Shown: positions 8,966-19,858, counted from the first letter of the stretch. The stretch is DNA of 52,982 nucleotides from a virus (IMGVR_UViG_2558860288_000010), one strand, 5' to 3'. The notes: generated from the letters alone by a model not told the origin. A program made the numbers and translations.

Positions 8966-9763
8966 TTAATTATTTGTAAAAATTGGTTTTTTGAAAATAC
9001 TAGCAATCATTTTGCAGATTACTTCGAATGATAAGGGCGGTTCTTTCTTATCAGGCCAAAATTCGGCTGCTCGGGAAAAAACAAGCTTTGTTAGCGCTGT
9101 AGCATTGTCTTTTTTGACATTAGAGTTTTCTTTGTAAAGATAAATGGCCACACTCAAAACTTGATTTCGCTTTATTGCATGTCGCTCTTGTTGTGCAATT
9201 GATAGCGACTTATATACCTCCGAAGAAGAAACATCATTATTAATAATATTATACAGTTTTCGAACATCATCGCTTTCTATATAGCCATCATGCTCAAAAA
9301 AAAGCCCATCAGAATTTTTCCAGTCTATCTGAAAGAACTTTATCTCTTCTGAAAACACTTCCCCTGCTGGAACAAGAAGAGATGGGTATACTGGGAATTG
9401 CCCACTAAAATAAATAAAATCCTTCTGGATTCCTGGTGGGTATTTAAAATAACCTTTTATACGTAAAATAACTAAATTCTTGTCATTTTTTATCTCATGT
9501 ATTTTTATGAGACTATATTGACTAATATAACTATACCCCTCGTCATCCTTATCCAATGAATCAAGATGATTAATAAATTCATTTATACATCTAACTCGAT
9601 GCTTTGAGAAATTACCCTCCCTGCCAACAGATGCAGAGAATGAAAGTTCATTCTCTCCTGCCAGATAAAAAACATCCGCCTCTTCGCAATTTAGCATCTT
9701 AGCAACTTCTGCTACTTGATAATGCGTGCGAAATAGTTTCAAAGGAATGGTTTTATTAGCCAT
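8966..9763 (-). CDS. Hypothetical AT-rich 265-aa protein, translationally coupled to the integrase
   Basis: ATG at 9761..9763 overlaps the integrase stop by 8 nt. Markedly AT-rich compared with the integrase and primase. No recognisable motif. Confidence 0.5.
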   Translation of the reverse strand: MANKTIPLKLFRTHYQVAEVAKMLNCEEADVFYLAGENELSFSASVGREGNFSKHRVRCINEFINHLDSLDKDDEGYSYISQYSLIKIHEIKNDKNLVILRIKGYFKYPPGIQKDFIYFSGQFPVYPSLLVPAGEVFSEEIKFFQIDWKNSDGLFFEHDGYIESDDVRKLYNIINNDVSSSEVYKSLSIAQQERHAIKRNQVLSVAIYLYKENSNVKKDNATALTKLVFSRAAEFWPDKKEPPLSFEVICKMIASIFKKPIFTNN

Positions 9764-10943
9764 TACGATTCATTCCCTCAATAAAATCAGCATACCATTG
9801 CATCATTTCTCTGCGTCCTTCCAGATATTGAGCATGGTTATAAATTCCGCGAATAGAATTTTTATCTAAATGAGCAAGCTGGGTTTCAATCCATGCACTG
9901 TTAAATCCTTTCTCATGCAGAATTGTACTCATCGTATGCCTGAAACCATGCCCCGTAACACGCCCTGCATATCCAATACGTTTAAACACCTGATTAATGC
10001 TTGCTTCACTCATAAATTTGCTAGGATCGTTGCGTCCAGGGAACATCAGCGGGTAGTTCCCAGTTAGTTCTTTCAAACATTTGAGATGGGATAATGCTTG
10101 TTTTGGCAACGGGACAATATGGCTCCTACGCATTTTCATACGTTCTTTTGGGATCTCCCACACCGCATTATCAAAATCCACCTCACGCCACTCACCTGCT
10201 CTTAGTTCTCCTGTTCTTAGACCCGTCAGGATAAGTAAATGTGCCCCCAGCAATACAATTGGGCTTCCTGAATAAGCGTTAAGGGCAGTAAAGAACTCCG
10301 GCAGCTCGTTGGCTTTGAGGAATGGATAGTGGACTGCTTCATGTCCTTGCATCGCACTGGCAAGATCCGGTGCAGGATTGTAGATTGCTCTACCCGTTAC
10401 GATGGCATAGCGGAAAACTTCACCGCATCGCTGACGGACTTTCTTCGCTTTCTCCATAGCACCTCGTGCTTCTATCAACCTCAGTACTTCAAGTAGTTCA
10501 AGGGGCTGAATATCGGCTATAGGTCTGTGTCCAATATGCGGGAAAATGTCTTTCTCAAACGCCTCAATTATGTCTGAAGCATAGCCCTCAGACCATTTGG
10601 GAGATTTCATTTTGTGCCACTCTAACGCCACTTCTCTAAATGGGTTAAGTGTCTCGATCGCTGCGTTTAAAGCATGCTTCTTTGCTTTTTTCACTTCGCC
10701 AGGATCTTCACCAGCGACGAGTAGTTTCTTTGCGTCTTCGCGTTTTTGTCTGGCATCGGCGAGGGTGACTGTTGGATAGACACCAAAGGACAAGCGCTTC
10801 TCTTTACCAGCAAAACGGTACTTCATACGCCAGTAACGCGAGCCATTAGGTTCAACCTGAAGGTACAGGCCACCTCCATCAGATAGCTTATAGCTCTTCT
10901 CTTTTCCTTTAGCGGCTTCAACCTTGCGGGCATTCAGCATCAT
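9756..10943 (-). CDS. int: P4-type tyrosine integrase
   Basis: N-terminal arm-binding-like region (KSYKLSDGGGLYLQVEPNGSRYWRMKYRF) and C-terminal catalytic region with HGFRHT and a Tyr near the C-terminus. Likely ATG-ATG start at 10943; the track start at 11012 is TTG. Sits 165 bp from the tRNA-derived repeat. Confidence 0.85.
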   Translation of the reverse strand: MMLNARKVEAAKGKEKSYKLSDGGGLYLQVEPNGSRYWRMKYRFAGKEKRLSFGVYPTVTLADARQKREDAKKLLVAGEDPGEVKKAKKHALNAAIETLNPFREVALEWHKMKSPKWSEGYASDIIEAFEKDIFPHIGHRPIADIQPLELLEVLRLIEARGAMEKAKKVRQRCGEVFRYAIVTGRAIYNPAPDLASAMQGHEAVHYPFLKANELPEFFTALNAYSGSPIVLLGAHLLILTGLRTGELRAGEWREVDFDNAVWEIPKERMKMRRSHIVPLPKQALSHLKCLKELTGNYPLMFPGRNDPSKFMSEASINQVFKRIGYAGRVTGHGFRHTMSTILHEKGFNSAWIETQLAHLDKNSIRGIYNHAQYLEGRREMMQWYADFIEGMNRNG

Positions 10944-11107
10944 TGGGGGCACATTTCCTAGACCGAACAGAACATGCCCCCGATTGTGCCCCCAATTGTA
11001 TGTTGATTTCAAGAGATAGGGGTTGACGTCAAATGACGAAGAATCGCGTAATAACTATGTTTTTAAAGGGTTTTGTTGATTTGAGATGACTTGGAAATAC
11101 TAAGGGA

Positions 11108-11153
11108 TGGTGCCGATAATAGGAGTCGAACCTACGACCTTCGCATTACGAAT
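11108..11153. repeat. 46-bp exact duplicate of the tRNA-Thr 3' end (att site between the two elements)
   Basis: tggtgccgataataggagtcgaacctacgaccttcgcattacgaat is identical to 51539..51584. Confidence 0.85.
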
Positions 11154-11594
11154 CTGTAGCACCAATCATAACTATCTGTTTTAGCAAGCATTAACCGCAT
11201 TCACTAAGCTATAGTTGATGGCACAAACAGAAAGTTGATGCATGATGTTGTCATGTGTATGTCACAAATACGGCACAACGATCTTCAAACATGTAGCCAC
11301 ACATCCACAGAAGAGCGCAAAGCCTTGCAATCCAGTACAAAGCTTTGTGTGTCTCATTTTTGTCTCACCTTTTATTACGCAAAAAAAGATAAGCCTGAAA
11401 CCAAACGGCGCCATAGGCATGTTAACGGGAGAATTACCTACCAGGAACTTACAAACCGTTTAAATGATGTGGAAGTATTAACATGTAAAATCGGTAACGG
11501 CTGGAAATCATTCAATACTCGCACTATCAAAAGTTCACCAGCCAGCCGCAGCACGTTCTTGCATACGACGTGGCTGCGGCATATCACAAAACGA

Positions 11595-12179
11595 TTATTC
11601 CATGACAGGGATTACCGGCCACTCAACATCAGGTGCAGTTGATGTATCAACACGGTTCAGCAACACCCGATACTTTTTCCAGGCTTCCAGCAATGAGGTT
11701 TCTACCTCCGTTGCGATCTCAAGATCTACCGCATCCTGAAGTGGCGCAATATGCTCACTGGCTACCCGCATGAGGCTGTTTTTTGTTTCTTCCGCCTCCC
11801 GTATCCGAAACAGTTTTTCTGCTTCTGCATCTTTCACCCAGGTTGTGCCGTTCCACTTCTGATATTCCCCATCCGGCGACAACCAGGTGACATTTTCCGG
11901 TAACGGGCCGAGTTCAGAAATAAATAACGCGTCCCCTGATGCCACGTCATAGACCGTTTTTTCCCTGTGGTCTTCAACGAGATGCCATGATGTATCCTCA
12001 CTGTTAAAAACAGCCACGAAGCCAGCCGGAATATCTGGCGGTGCAATATCGGTACTATTTGCAGGCAGACCTGTATGAGGGGGAATGTATGCATCACCTT
12101 CACCAATAAATTCATTGGTTCCGGCCAGCAGATTATAAATTTTTATAGTCCGTGGTTGTTCACTCATTCTGAATGCCAT
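11595..12179 (-). CDS. tfa: Tail fiber assembly protein
   Basis: 194-aa ORF directly downstream of the tail fiber gene; typical size and position. Confidence 0.65.
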   Translation of the reverse strand: MAFRMSEQPRTIKIYNLLAGTNEFIGEGDAYIPPHTGLPANSTDIAPPDIPAGFVAVFNSEDTSWHLVEDHREKTVYDVASGDALFISELGPLPENVTWLSPDGEYQKWNGTTWVKDAEAEKLFRIREAEETKNSLMRVASEHIAPLQDAVDLEIATEVETSLLEAWKKYRVLLNRVDTSTAPDVEWPVIPVME

Positions 12180-13867
12180 TATGCAAGCCTCACAATATAG
12201 TTAAATGCGATGTTTTTGACGGTGTTTTCCGCGTTACCAGCAGCGTTAACGGTGATGGTGTGTCCATGTGCACCCAGCGCCACAGTGTGTGCATGGGCAC
12301 CAATACCTACGGTGTGGTTATGCTGACCAATATCGACTGTATGGGCGTGTGCTCCGTCAGAGCTTGACACCTGGTTGGTTCCTGACACCTGAACACGTTG
12401 TTTACCCCCAATGGAGTCACCACCGTAACGACCACCGACAGTGTGCGTATGCGCTCCTGTATTGTTTGTCGTTTTTGTGCCGTGGTTAAACGTGCTGACT
12501 GTTTTTGTCCCGTAATCAAACGAACTGGTTGTTTTCGTACCCAAATCCGTACTGGATGCACTGGCACTGTGGGTATGCGATTTAATGCCGTCCTGTTCCT
12601 GAGACAATACAGCGCGACCACTGGCGGGTTTGCCCTTAATTGTCCAGCCACGCATATCAGGGATCACACCAGATGGGTAAGCTGCTGCAAGCAGGGGATA
12701 GGCAGCCTTGTCAAAAGTCTGCCCCTGCATAATCGCATAACCTTCCGGAACTATGTCCGAAGGCCAGGCTATTGGTGCCCCCACAGGAAAAGCATTAACA
12801 GGTTCAAATCCCCGTTCAAATCCATACCCATCACGGGATGAGCGGTAATAAAGCCCTCTGTTTTTATAATCCGCACGTAGCTGAAATGACCGGCAACTCC
12901 CTACACCACTAAAAAAATGAGCAACGATATATGAAGCGCCGCCGTCCATGACATTGTAAAGACCGCTTTTTGCGTTCCATGGCACCCCACCATCTGAACT
13001 CGGATACTGACCTGTACACCCAAGAGAAAAAGCATTTACATCTTCAGGTGATAACTTAATGTCAGATGACAGCGCGTGACCATTAACCTTACGTCCTGAG
13101 GGCACACGCCCGTTTGCATTGTCATTAGCAGCTTTCACTGCTTTCGGAGTCGCGGCAAGCGTTTCAGAGTCACTGTTAGTGGCGCTGCTTAACTGAACAA
13201 TCCCTTTTCGTGCCGTGGTGGCGTCCTGTGCAGTGTATTTGCCATCAGCAAGGTCATATGCTGTCTTAACCGCCTTTGATGTCGCTGCCTGTGTCTCACT
13301 GGTGCTGTTCACCGCACTGTTCAGTTGCACCAGACCTTTTTGCTTAGTCGTGGCATCCAGAACACCAAGAGACTCGCGGGATTCTTTTTGCGCGCCAGCT
13401 CCGCGCGCTTTTATTTCCTTCAGGTTCTGGTCAATGCGCAGAAAAAGTCCGTCTCCCGTTGCCACATTTAACGTGATGTTTGAGGTGTCAGATACAGCAA
13501 GCCGGAACTGCATATTGACACTGACACCGCCAACCGGTTTGTCAATCGCCGGGCAGTTCGCCACGGCATACAATTCCCCTCCATCAGTCATCAGTCCCAC
13601 TTCGCGGACTGTAAAACCTCCCGTTCCCGTTGGTAGCACAATTCTGGCCATGAGCTGTGTCGGCTGTTCCGGTGATACCACCAGCTCTGCAATATCTCCA
13701 CGGTAGGTTTCATTAACAAGCTGCGTTTGTGCCGGATCGGGTTTCAGCGGTTTGCCATTACTGTCGCCAACCACAAACTGTGTCAGAATAATCTGGCTAC
13801 CACTGGCAAGCGCTTCCGCCTCCAGTTCTTTTCCCCGGTTAGTAATAATTGAATAATATTCAGCCAT
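12179..13867 (-). CDS. Tail fiber protein
   Basis: Repeat-rich translation (...[21 protein letters not shown]... twice; C-terminal GAHxHTV repeats). ATG at 13867 with GGGGAG RBS; the track start is further upstream. Confidence 0.7.
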   Translation of the reverse strand: MAEYYSIITNRGKELEAEALASGSQIILTQFVVGDSNGKPLKPDPAQTQLVNETYRGDIAELVVSPEQPTQLMARIVLPTGTGGFTVREVGLMTDGGELYAVANCPAIDKPVGGVSVNMQFRLAVSDTSNITLNVATGDGLFLRIDQNLKEIKARGAGAQKESRESLGVLDATTKQKGLVQLNSAVNSTSETQAATSKAVKTAYDLADGKYTAQDATTARKGIVQLSSATNSDSETLAATPKAVKAANDNANGRVPSGRKVNGHALSSDIKLSPEDVNAFSLGCTGQYPSSDGGVPWNAKSGLYNVMDGGASYIVAHFFSGVGSCRSFQLRADYKNRGLYYRSSRDGYGFERGFEPVNAFPVGAPIAWPSDIVPEGYAIMQGQTFDKAAYPLLAAAYPSGVIPDMRGWTIKGKPASGRAVLSQEQDGIKSHTHSASASSTDLGTKTTSSFDYGTKTVSTFNHGTKTTNNTGAHTHTVGGRYGGDSIGGKQRVQVSGTNQVSSSDGAHAHTVDIGQHNHTVGIGAHAHTVALGAHGHTITVNAAGNAENTVKNIAFNYIVRLA

Positions 13868-14423
13868 GAGACTCCCCGGCAAAAATATCCACATCGATAT
13901 GTGCTGTCGTCGCACCTGAAATATAAAAAGCGCCATCCATCCCGATATTCGCCAGAACATCTATTTTGCTCAGATGACTGCGCAGGTTTTTAGCCCGGTC
14001 AGTAAGCTGACGAATCTGGTGATACAGTGCATCGCTGACGCCCTGACTGCTGTGAACTTCAATCCGGAATGTGTAGGGTGCAGCCTGCGGTGAATCCTGC
14101 CACCACTCCACGACAGTGGTCGGCAGGTTTACCGCCCCCAGAGAACGCCTGACCGCACCCGCCGTTCCCCGGTGCTGGTGCACGTAAGCGGCGTCCTTAA
14201 TCACCTGGCGCTTTTGTGTCTCTGTCCAGCTGTCATCCCAAAAATCGACGGCATGTTCCCACGCAAGCCACGGTAAAAGATGTGCCGGGCAGCTGGCCGC
14301 ATCTTTCACCTTACGCACCATGTTGGTATCCAGTGCGATGATGTGTTCTGTCGTCGCCTGCTCCTGCGCCCGTTCTTCATGAAATGCGCCCGGCGGCAGC
14401 AGGGAGCGAAATTTATCCGTCAT
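13860..14423 (-). CDS. Baseplate/tail protein, GpI-like
   Basis: Position between the GpJ-like gene and the tail fiber, as in P2; ATG start. Confidence 0.55.
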   Translation of the reverse strand: MTDKFRSLLPPGAFHEERAQEQATTEHIIALDTNMVRKVKDAASCPAHLLPWLAWEHAVDFWDDSWTETQKRQVIKDAAYVHQHRGTAGAVRRSLGAVNLPTTVVEWWQDSPQAAPYTFRIEVHSSQGVSDALYHQIRQLTDRAKNLRSHLSKIDVLANIGMDGAFYISGATTAHIDVDIFAGESHG

Positions 14424-15333
14424 GGCTGCTTACCTCCCTGCGGGTGACGTTGATGGCAGTACACCACGGTGCTTTTCCGGCTTCGGCTTCCAGATCAGCC
14501 ACGGGAGAGATCAGTCTGACGCGAACCACACCGGATTGCTGTAAAGCGGCATAGATGGCAGATAACGGCACCACGGTGTTAATCCGGTGAGACAGCATGG
14601 TGTAGGACTGCAAGGCTTCAATGGCATTGTTCAGAACTGTCGTGGCGTCCGGGCCGTCCGGGATCTCCAGTTCAGCCGTGATGGCATAATTTGTGATGGT
14701 GGCGCTCTTCACCGTCACGTAGTCTGTCAATGGACGGATTTCATCGGCATTCAGTGTGCTGTTAACTTTATCCAGCAGTGGTGCAGCTGCTGTTCCGTCT
14801 CCCGTACGGGAAAGCACATACACATCAACACACCCCGGGCGGCTGTGTGTTTCGGGGCCATAAGCTTCAGCATCCAGCACATCGGTATCCGCCGATTTCG
14901 CATGGAAGCGGTAAGCGTTGCGGGCACCCGCCGTATTTAGCTGTGCCCAGGACAACTGAATACGTTCACGAAATGCGCCGTCATCTTCCAGTTCCACTTC
15001 GACGGGGGGAACGGCATCCGGATCACCCGGTCTGATAACCTGGCGTTTAACATTGAAGGCAGCGCCAATATGATCAAGGTCTGCGCCTCTGGCGCTGGCA
15101 AGAAATACTGCCCGCACTGCATCATTGACACGCTGAAAGGCCAGCGTCAGCTGATATGCATTCACCTCTCCCTGTTTAAACGCCGGATCGGACTCTACCA
15201 GCGCATCAAACTGCGGATCCAGCTCCTGCAGACGTGCCAGCCATCGGGAGAAAATCTCTGCGGCATCCGGCACTACAAGCGCATCAGGAACAGCGAGTTC
15301 AGACAGATTGATCACATCATAACTGTTGGGCAT
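14413..15333 (-). CDS. Baseplate assembly protein, GpJ-like
   Basis: 306-aa ORF in the conserved W-J-I-H order; ATG start. Confidence 0.6.
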   Translation of the reverse strand: MPNSYDVINLSELAVPDALVVPDAAEIFSRWLARLQELDPQFDALVESDPAFKQGEVNAYQLTLAFQRVNDAVRAVFLASARGADLDHIGAAFNVKRQVIRPGDPDAVPPVEVELEDDGAFRERIQLSWAQLNTAGARNAYRFHAKSADTDVLDAEAYGPETHSRPGCVDVYVLSRTGDGTAAAPLLDKVNSTLNADEIRPLTDYVTVKSATITNYAITAELEIPDGPDATTVLNNAIEALQSYTMLSHRINTVVPLSAIYAALQQSGVVRVRLISPVADLEAEAGKAPWCTAINVTRREVSSHDG

Positions 15334-15670
15334 TTAGCGTTATTTCTCCTGTTCTGACGGGTAAGCCGTCTTCTTTTTTGATCCCTTCGATATCCAGAAC
15401 ACAGCCGGATTCGCCCGCCGGGAAGGTGACCATCACCCGCGTCACCTTTAAACGCGGCTCCCAGCGAGCCAGTGCAGTCGCTGAAGCGGCGATTATCCGC
15501 AGACGCGTCAGGTCATCCCGTGGGTTATCCAGCAACGAAAACAGTTCACTGCCATAGTCACGGATCAGCACACGACTCCCGACGGGCGTGGTCAGAATGT
15601 CCCGGACAGACTGGCGCAAATGCGCCACGCCAGACAGACGTTTGCCTGTCCGGCTGTTTACACCGTTCAT
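15317..15670 (-). CDS. Baseplate assembly protein, GpW-like
   Basis: 117-aa ORF, size and order typical of GpW/gp25-like baseplate wedge proteins. Confidence 0.55.
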   Translation of the reverse strand: MNGVNSRTGKRLSGVAHLRQSVRDILTTPVGSRVLIRDYGSELFSLLDNPRDDLTRLRIIAASATALARWEPRLKVTRVMVTFPAGESGCVLDIEGIKKEDGLPVRTGEITLNAQQL

Positions 15671-15710
15671 GATGATTTTCCGTTACAAAAGCGCCGGATG
15701 GCGCGATGGA

Positions 15711-16829
15711 TTAACCGAAGTAAGCCGGACCAGTTTTATCCTGTTGCTTCGATTTTTTTGCTGATTTTTGTGGTTTGTGAATATCCACCACCAGATTGCA
15801 GGTATAACTGAATCCGGCAGCGGTCAGTGAAAAGACCAGCGACTCAACCACCCAGGCTCTGTCTTCCCGGGTACCAAATCCTGAGGTTGCCACCCCTGCT
15901 TCTGCCGTCAGGGGAATATGCTGTGGTCGGCAGGGGCCGGTGAGCGTCATTTTCTGCTCATTCCGTCTTGCCTGTGTTTTTCGTGCTTTCGCCTGCTTCT
16001 CTGCCGTATCCTTTTCTGACTGGGTATACGGGTTGGTCATTGCCGGTCCGTCATGTTCGACCGCTGCGGTTTTTGTCCTGCCATCCACTTCATCGTAATA
16101 GCGAACCCCGATTTTCTCTTTTGCTTTACCCCCGCTTTCCGTGACTTTACCCGTGGAACTCCCCCGCTCACCTTCACTGTATGACCACGTTGTCACGTCT
16201 GCAGGCGTAATGGTGATACTGTCAATCTGTTTACCGGAAACTGTCGCTGTCGCCCCCTGCGGCAGAAAAAGCCAGTAACCACCGGAAGGTTTACTCACCG
16301 CGTTGTAGATGCGGGCAAGCCGGGACAGCAGGTTAGCATCAGATTCAGCCACCTGGTCGATGTGGTTAATGTGAATATCTTTCAGCGCGGCAGCGACTCT
16401 GGGGATCAGGCCATTATCGGTGGCCACGGTTTTCACCACATCCTCCAGACGAATGTTATCCCAGCTTCGTGTTTTCTGACTGGTGACGTCACCGGGTTGC
16501 TTCCGGGCATTCATGGGCGCTGCGGTGGCATAAATTTCAATGCGCCTCGGTGGCCCACTGCTGGCAACTCCGCTGACAACAAACCAGCCTTTATCGACAA
16601 GCTGCTCATTAAATCCCAGCGCAACCTGTAGTCGCGCCCCTCTGGGCGGAAGTGTCAGCGTTTCAGAAAGCAGGGTAATCTTCAGTTCATCGGCTCTGGC
16701 GGTCGCGCCACCGTAATCTGTCAGCGTCAGTTCAGAAAGGCATTGCTCAATTATGCGGGTAATATCTTTCCCTTCTGCCTTTATGCGGAATGCTGGCGCA
16801 TATTCAGGAGTCATCGTCTGAGAAACCAT
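15711..16829 (-). CDS. Tail protein, GpD-like
   Basis: Position after the tape measure/U/X genes; probable ATG at 16829 (track start is TTG). Confidence 0.5.
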   Translation of the reverse strand: MVSQTMTPEYAPAFRIKAEGKDITRIIEQCLSELTLTDYGGATARADELKITLLSETLTLPPRGARLQVALGFNEQLVDKGWFVVSGVASSGPPRRIEIYATAAPMNARKQPGDVTSQKTRSWDNIRLEDVVKTVATDNGLIPRVAAALKDIHINHIDQVAESDANLLSRLARIYNAVSKPSGGYWLFLPQGATATVSGKQIDSITITPADVTTWSYSEGERGSSTGKVTESGGKAKEKIGVRYYDEVDGRTKTAAVEHDGPAMTNPYTQSEKDTAEKQAKARKTQARRNEQKMTLTGPCRPQHIPLTAEAGVATSGFGTREDRAWVVESLVFSLTAAGFSYTCNLVVDIHKPQKSAKKSKQQDKTGPAYFG

Positions 16830-16830
16830 A

Positions 16831-17046
16831 TTAATCCCATAAGCTGAATGCAGACTCCACAACCGGGATCACCCGTTCCGGCAGAATAACAGACTGACCG
16901 GAGGGATATACCGCGCCACGATCAGCCAGCCCGGGATTTGCCTCCAGAACCTGGATTATCGTGTCAGCGAGATTTTCGCTGCCATAGTGCGCGGCGCAAA
17001 TCGCATCCAGCACATCACCGTCACGGGTTTGATATATCGTCGGCAT
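16831..17046 (-). CDS. Tail protein X, GpX-like
   Basis: 71 aa; ...DVLDAICAAHYG...ANPGLADRGAVYPSGQSVILPE resembles P2 GpX. Confidence 0.6.
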   Translation of the reverse strand: MPTIYQTRDGDVLDAICAAHYGSENLADTIIQVLEANPGLADRGAVYPSGQSVILPERVIPVVESAFSLWD

Positions 17047-17491
17047 AGTGTTTCAGTGTCATTGTCCAGTTTTTATTACGGTGACCACCTCCCGGCAGGA
17101 ACCGGTTAGTGGTGTCAGTAAAGTCAGTTACCACCCACCATCCCAGAACATCCCCTTCTCCACTGACCAGCTGCAGTGGCTTCGCCTGGTCGGCAAGAGC
17201 AAACAGGTCATTGACGGGGCCAACACCTTTTCGAAAAAAGGCATGGGATTCGCCTTCAAGTCTGACGGTACGCCCCGGCTTTCCAGTGTACTGGAGAAGA
17301 TCCTGCTTACCAATGCGCTCCTGTTCGCTCCAGCGCCAGGTTGCTTCGCGGGTCAGCTGGTTATAGGCTGTCGTATCAATCGAAAAAGCAAAATCTCCCA
17401 GCATCATCATCACGCGGGCGGTTCCTGCCGAACGCAGGTTTTCAGCCTGTTGCTGACCAAATTCATCAATAAAAGACATGAAATTACTCAC
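17021..17491 (-). CDS. Tail protein, GpU-like
   Basis: Contains MMMLGDFAF..., reminiscent of the P2 GpU N-terminus. Start ambiguous: GTG at 17491, ATG at 17479 or ATG at 17410. Confidence 0.45.
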   Translation of the reverse strand: MSNFMSFIDEFGQQQAENLRSAGTARVMMMLGDFAFSIDTTAYNQLTREATWRWSEQERIGKQDLLQYTGKPGRTVRLEGESHAFFRKGVGPVNDLFALADQAKPLQLVSGEGDVLGWWVVTDFTDTTNRFLPGGGHRNKNWTMTLKHYADDISNP

Positions 17492-19398
17492 CAGACCAGT
17501 CCTCCATCCGTCAGACGGTTGTCCCCGTTAAAAGCCGGATTATTTCGGGTGACCGTGGTCAGTTCATCGGCAATGGCTTTTTCATCCTGCCCGGGAGCTG
17601 CATTAATTTCGAAGTGATAATCAAACTTCCGGTTATCGATAACCTGCCTGGACGGCGGCTGTTTATCCAGTGCGTCCATTTTCTGCAGCAGGTTTTCCCA
17701 GTAGCCCCCTGTTTTGTCCTCCTGCTCTCTGGCAGAACGCGGATCCGGGGCTTGTTGTTGTCGTGAAGAAAATGTGATTTCCGGTAGAACAGCAGGAAAG
17801 ACGGGAGGTAACACATCTTTATTCCAGGCTTCGGTATTGTTCTCCGTCATTGCCGGAACGTAATGCATAAATGTGTTGTTTTCTGTCGTCGTCGGAGCGG
17901 TATGAATAACTGTGTTATTTTCCGTTGTTACCGGGGGCAACGATGCAGACTCCCGCTGGTTACGCTGTAAAGCGGTATTCCAGTTTAATAAGGATTCGTG
18001 GCTTTCCGGGGTCAGATAGTGATCAACAGACTGGTTAAATGCCTCATCATCCGAATCAAAACCCAAATAACCACGTGTCGATGCCCAGGACTGTTTCACC
18101 TTTTCCGGTAAGTCCGGATGCGCTGTTAACTGCTGTTCAAACCATTCCCCCTGTCCACTTCGCTGCGCGGTCAGTCTGGCAAAGTCAACGGAACCTCTTC
18201 TGGCGAGCGCTTTCAGCACATCACGCTGATCTTCACGCTCATCCGGTAACAGCCAGGCCAGTTTTTTAGCCAGCGCATAGACAATTTTGCCAACAAAAAC
18301 CACGCCCTGACCAAAGGTCAACACCCCGGGATAAAGATCGTTACGCAGGAAAGTGACAATACGCCTGACGCCGCCCCCTTTAAACCAGTCTGCCAGATCG
18401 TCCGTTAATCGCCGGATATCAGGTGCCAGCTCGTTACCCAGTTGCCCGGAAATCTCCGCCACCGCCGAAGAGAACACCGTGCGCAGATTACTGATAGCCT
18501 GATTACCGGCAATCGCACCTTCTGCCCCCTCCCGGGTCACCAGGTTATAACGACGCTGCTCGTCCATCAGCTCCCGGTAGCTTCTGCCCGACTGTTTGAT
18601 CAGCATCAGCAGCTTACTGGCCTCCCCGCCAAAAAGAGAGTCCAGCGCAAAAGATGCTTTTGCCTCATCCTGGAGACTGAGCGCCCGCTCAACAATTTTA
18701 TCGAACTGCGCCATATCACTGAGCCCGGCAAAATCGCCCTCTTTAAATCCCAGCGTTTCAAAGGCATCCTGCAGAGAGCCCTGTTTCCCGTTTTGCTTAT
18801 ACTCACCCGCTTTGTGCAGATACTCCTCAAAAAGGTCACCAATATTTTCGGCATTCATATCGTACTGCCGGGCCAGGGAGTCCCACGCACTGAAGGTGGC
18901 GACATCCACACCGTAGCTTTTCGCCACACTGGCGCGGGTGGCAGTTTCAGCATTCGTTGCTGCCGGGGCGATAAGCGTGCCGAGCGCTGAGGCCACCACA
19001 CCACCGCCACCAAATGCCAGTCCGGTACCGAACATACCTCCGACCTGACCGGCAATCCCCAGACCACGCCGGAACAATCCCTTCCCGGCACCTTTGAATG
19101 CCTCAATCCGCTGTGCTTTTTGCATCTGGACATTCAGTTTCTGCTGCTCTGCCTCTGCCTTGCGGATCTCTCTGGAAACTTCGCTATAACGGCGTTTCAA
19201 GTTTCCCAGACTTTCACCTGCCAGTTTCGCGCGTTTAATTTCAGCAGCCAGTTTTGTCTGCTCCTTTGTCAGACGTTCTGAACGTTTCCCGACATCATTC
19301 AGGCTCTTTTGTAAACCGTCAGCCGATCGCTTCCATGAACTGTCCAGGTTACCGCCAAACGTGATAACGGCTTTAAGATTCTGGCTTATTCCGCCCAC
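17488..19398 (-). CDS. Tail tape measure protein
   Basis: 636 aa, coiled-coil-rich N-terminus and Gly-rich segment, between the chaperone and the distal tail genes. GTG start. Confidence 0.7.
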   Translation of the reverse strand: MGGISQNLKAVITFGGNLDSSWKRSADGLQKSLNDVGKRSERLTKEQTKLAAEIKRAKLAGESLGNLKRRYSEVSREIRKAEAEQQKLNVQMQKAQRIEAFKGAGKGLFRRGLGIAGQVGGMFGTGLAFGGGGVVASALGTLIAPAATNAETATRASVAKSYGVDVATFSAWDSLARQYDMNAENIGDLFEEYLHKAGEYKQNGKQGSLQDAFETLGFKEGDFAGLSDMAQFDKIVERALSLQDEAKASFALDSLFGGEASKLLMLIKQSGRSYRELMDEQRRYNLVTREGAEGAIAGNQAISNLRTVFSSAVAEISGQLGNELAPDIRRLTDDLADWFKGGGVRRIVTFLRNDLYPGVLTFGQGVVFVGKIVYALAKKLAWLLPDEREDQRDVLKALARRGSVDFARLTAQRSGQGEWFEQQLTAHPDLPEKVKQSWASTRGYLGFDSDDEAFNQSVDHYLTPESHESLLNWNTALQRNQRESASLPPVTTENNTVIHTAPTTTENNTFMHYVPAMTENNTEAWNKDVLPPVFPAVLPEITFSSRQQQAPDPRSAREQEDKTGGYWENLLQKMDALDKQPPSRQVIDNRKFDYHFEINAAPGQDEKAIADELTTVTRNNPAFNGDNRLTDGGLVW

Positions 19399-19500
19399 AG
19401 TTCATCGTCTCCAGTTCATCAGTAAGAAAATCAGAGAAAGTGCTGAACGGCATATCCAGATAGTCCGACATCGGAAAATGCAGTCGCCGTCCAAGGAGTT

Positions 19501-19812
19501 TTATCGCCCGGAGGAGGTGTCTTTCGGACGCTTCGCGGGCGGTAGCATAAAAACATTGAAGGCATCCAGCAGTTGCGCATAGTCTGCAGCCGTCAGTTGC
19601 CAGATGTCCTTTTCACTGAGGTTGCACAACAGCGCAATCATCCGGGCTTCTTTTTCTTCTTCATTACCGCGATCTTTGGCATGAGCAATACGATCGCGCA
19701 CCAGCGGTTCACGCATCGTCACTTCCTCAAGGATCACGCCACCCTCCAGAATGACAGGGGAAAACAATCGGATAACGCGGGTTTCACCGGGAAAAGGCAT
19801 AATCACCTCCAT
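19501..19812 (-). CDS. Tail assembly chaperone (putative)
   Basis: 103-aa ORF between tube and tape measure; ATG with GGAGGTGA RBS. Confidence 0.4.
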   Translation of the reverse strand: MEVIMPFPGETRVIRLFSPVILEGGVILEEVTMREPLVRDRIAHAKDRGNEEEKEARMIALLCNLSEKDIWQLTAADYAQLLDAFNVFMLPPAKRPKDTSSGR

Positions 19813-19858
19813 TAAAAAACGGCCCGCAGGCCGTCAGGTAGTTAAAGAACGGGAATAA

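Larger units (their letters stand above)
1..11107. mobile_element. P4-like satellite / phage-inducible island type element (partial; left boundary outside the window)
   Basis: Integrase, AlpA, P4 alpha-like primase and Ogr/Delta in one co-oriented block, bounded on the right by the tRNA 3' duplicate at 11108..11153. Confidence 0.6.

Noticed and set aside
11235-11642. Plus-strand ORFs of 135 and 73 aa at the left end of the prophage
   Set aside because: No RBS, overlapping each other and the tail fiber assembly gene end, Cys/His-rich and unlike a real protein; probably the non-coding att-proximal region.
12268-13706. Multiple ORFs on both strands inside the tail fiber gene
   Set aside because: Shadow frames of a repeat-rich, high-GC gene; the long minus-strand frame with tail-fiber repeats is the real one.
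17488-19812. Possible programmed frameshift between the tail assembly chaperone and the tape measure gene
   Set aside because: I could not identify a slippery heptamer or a convincing second chaperone frame in the 19399..19500 gap by eye.
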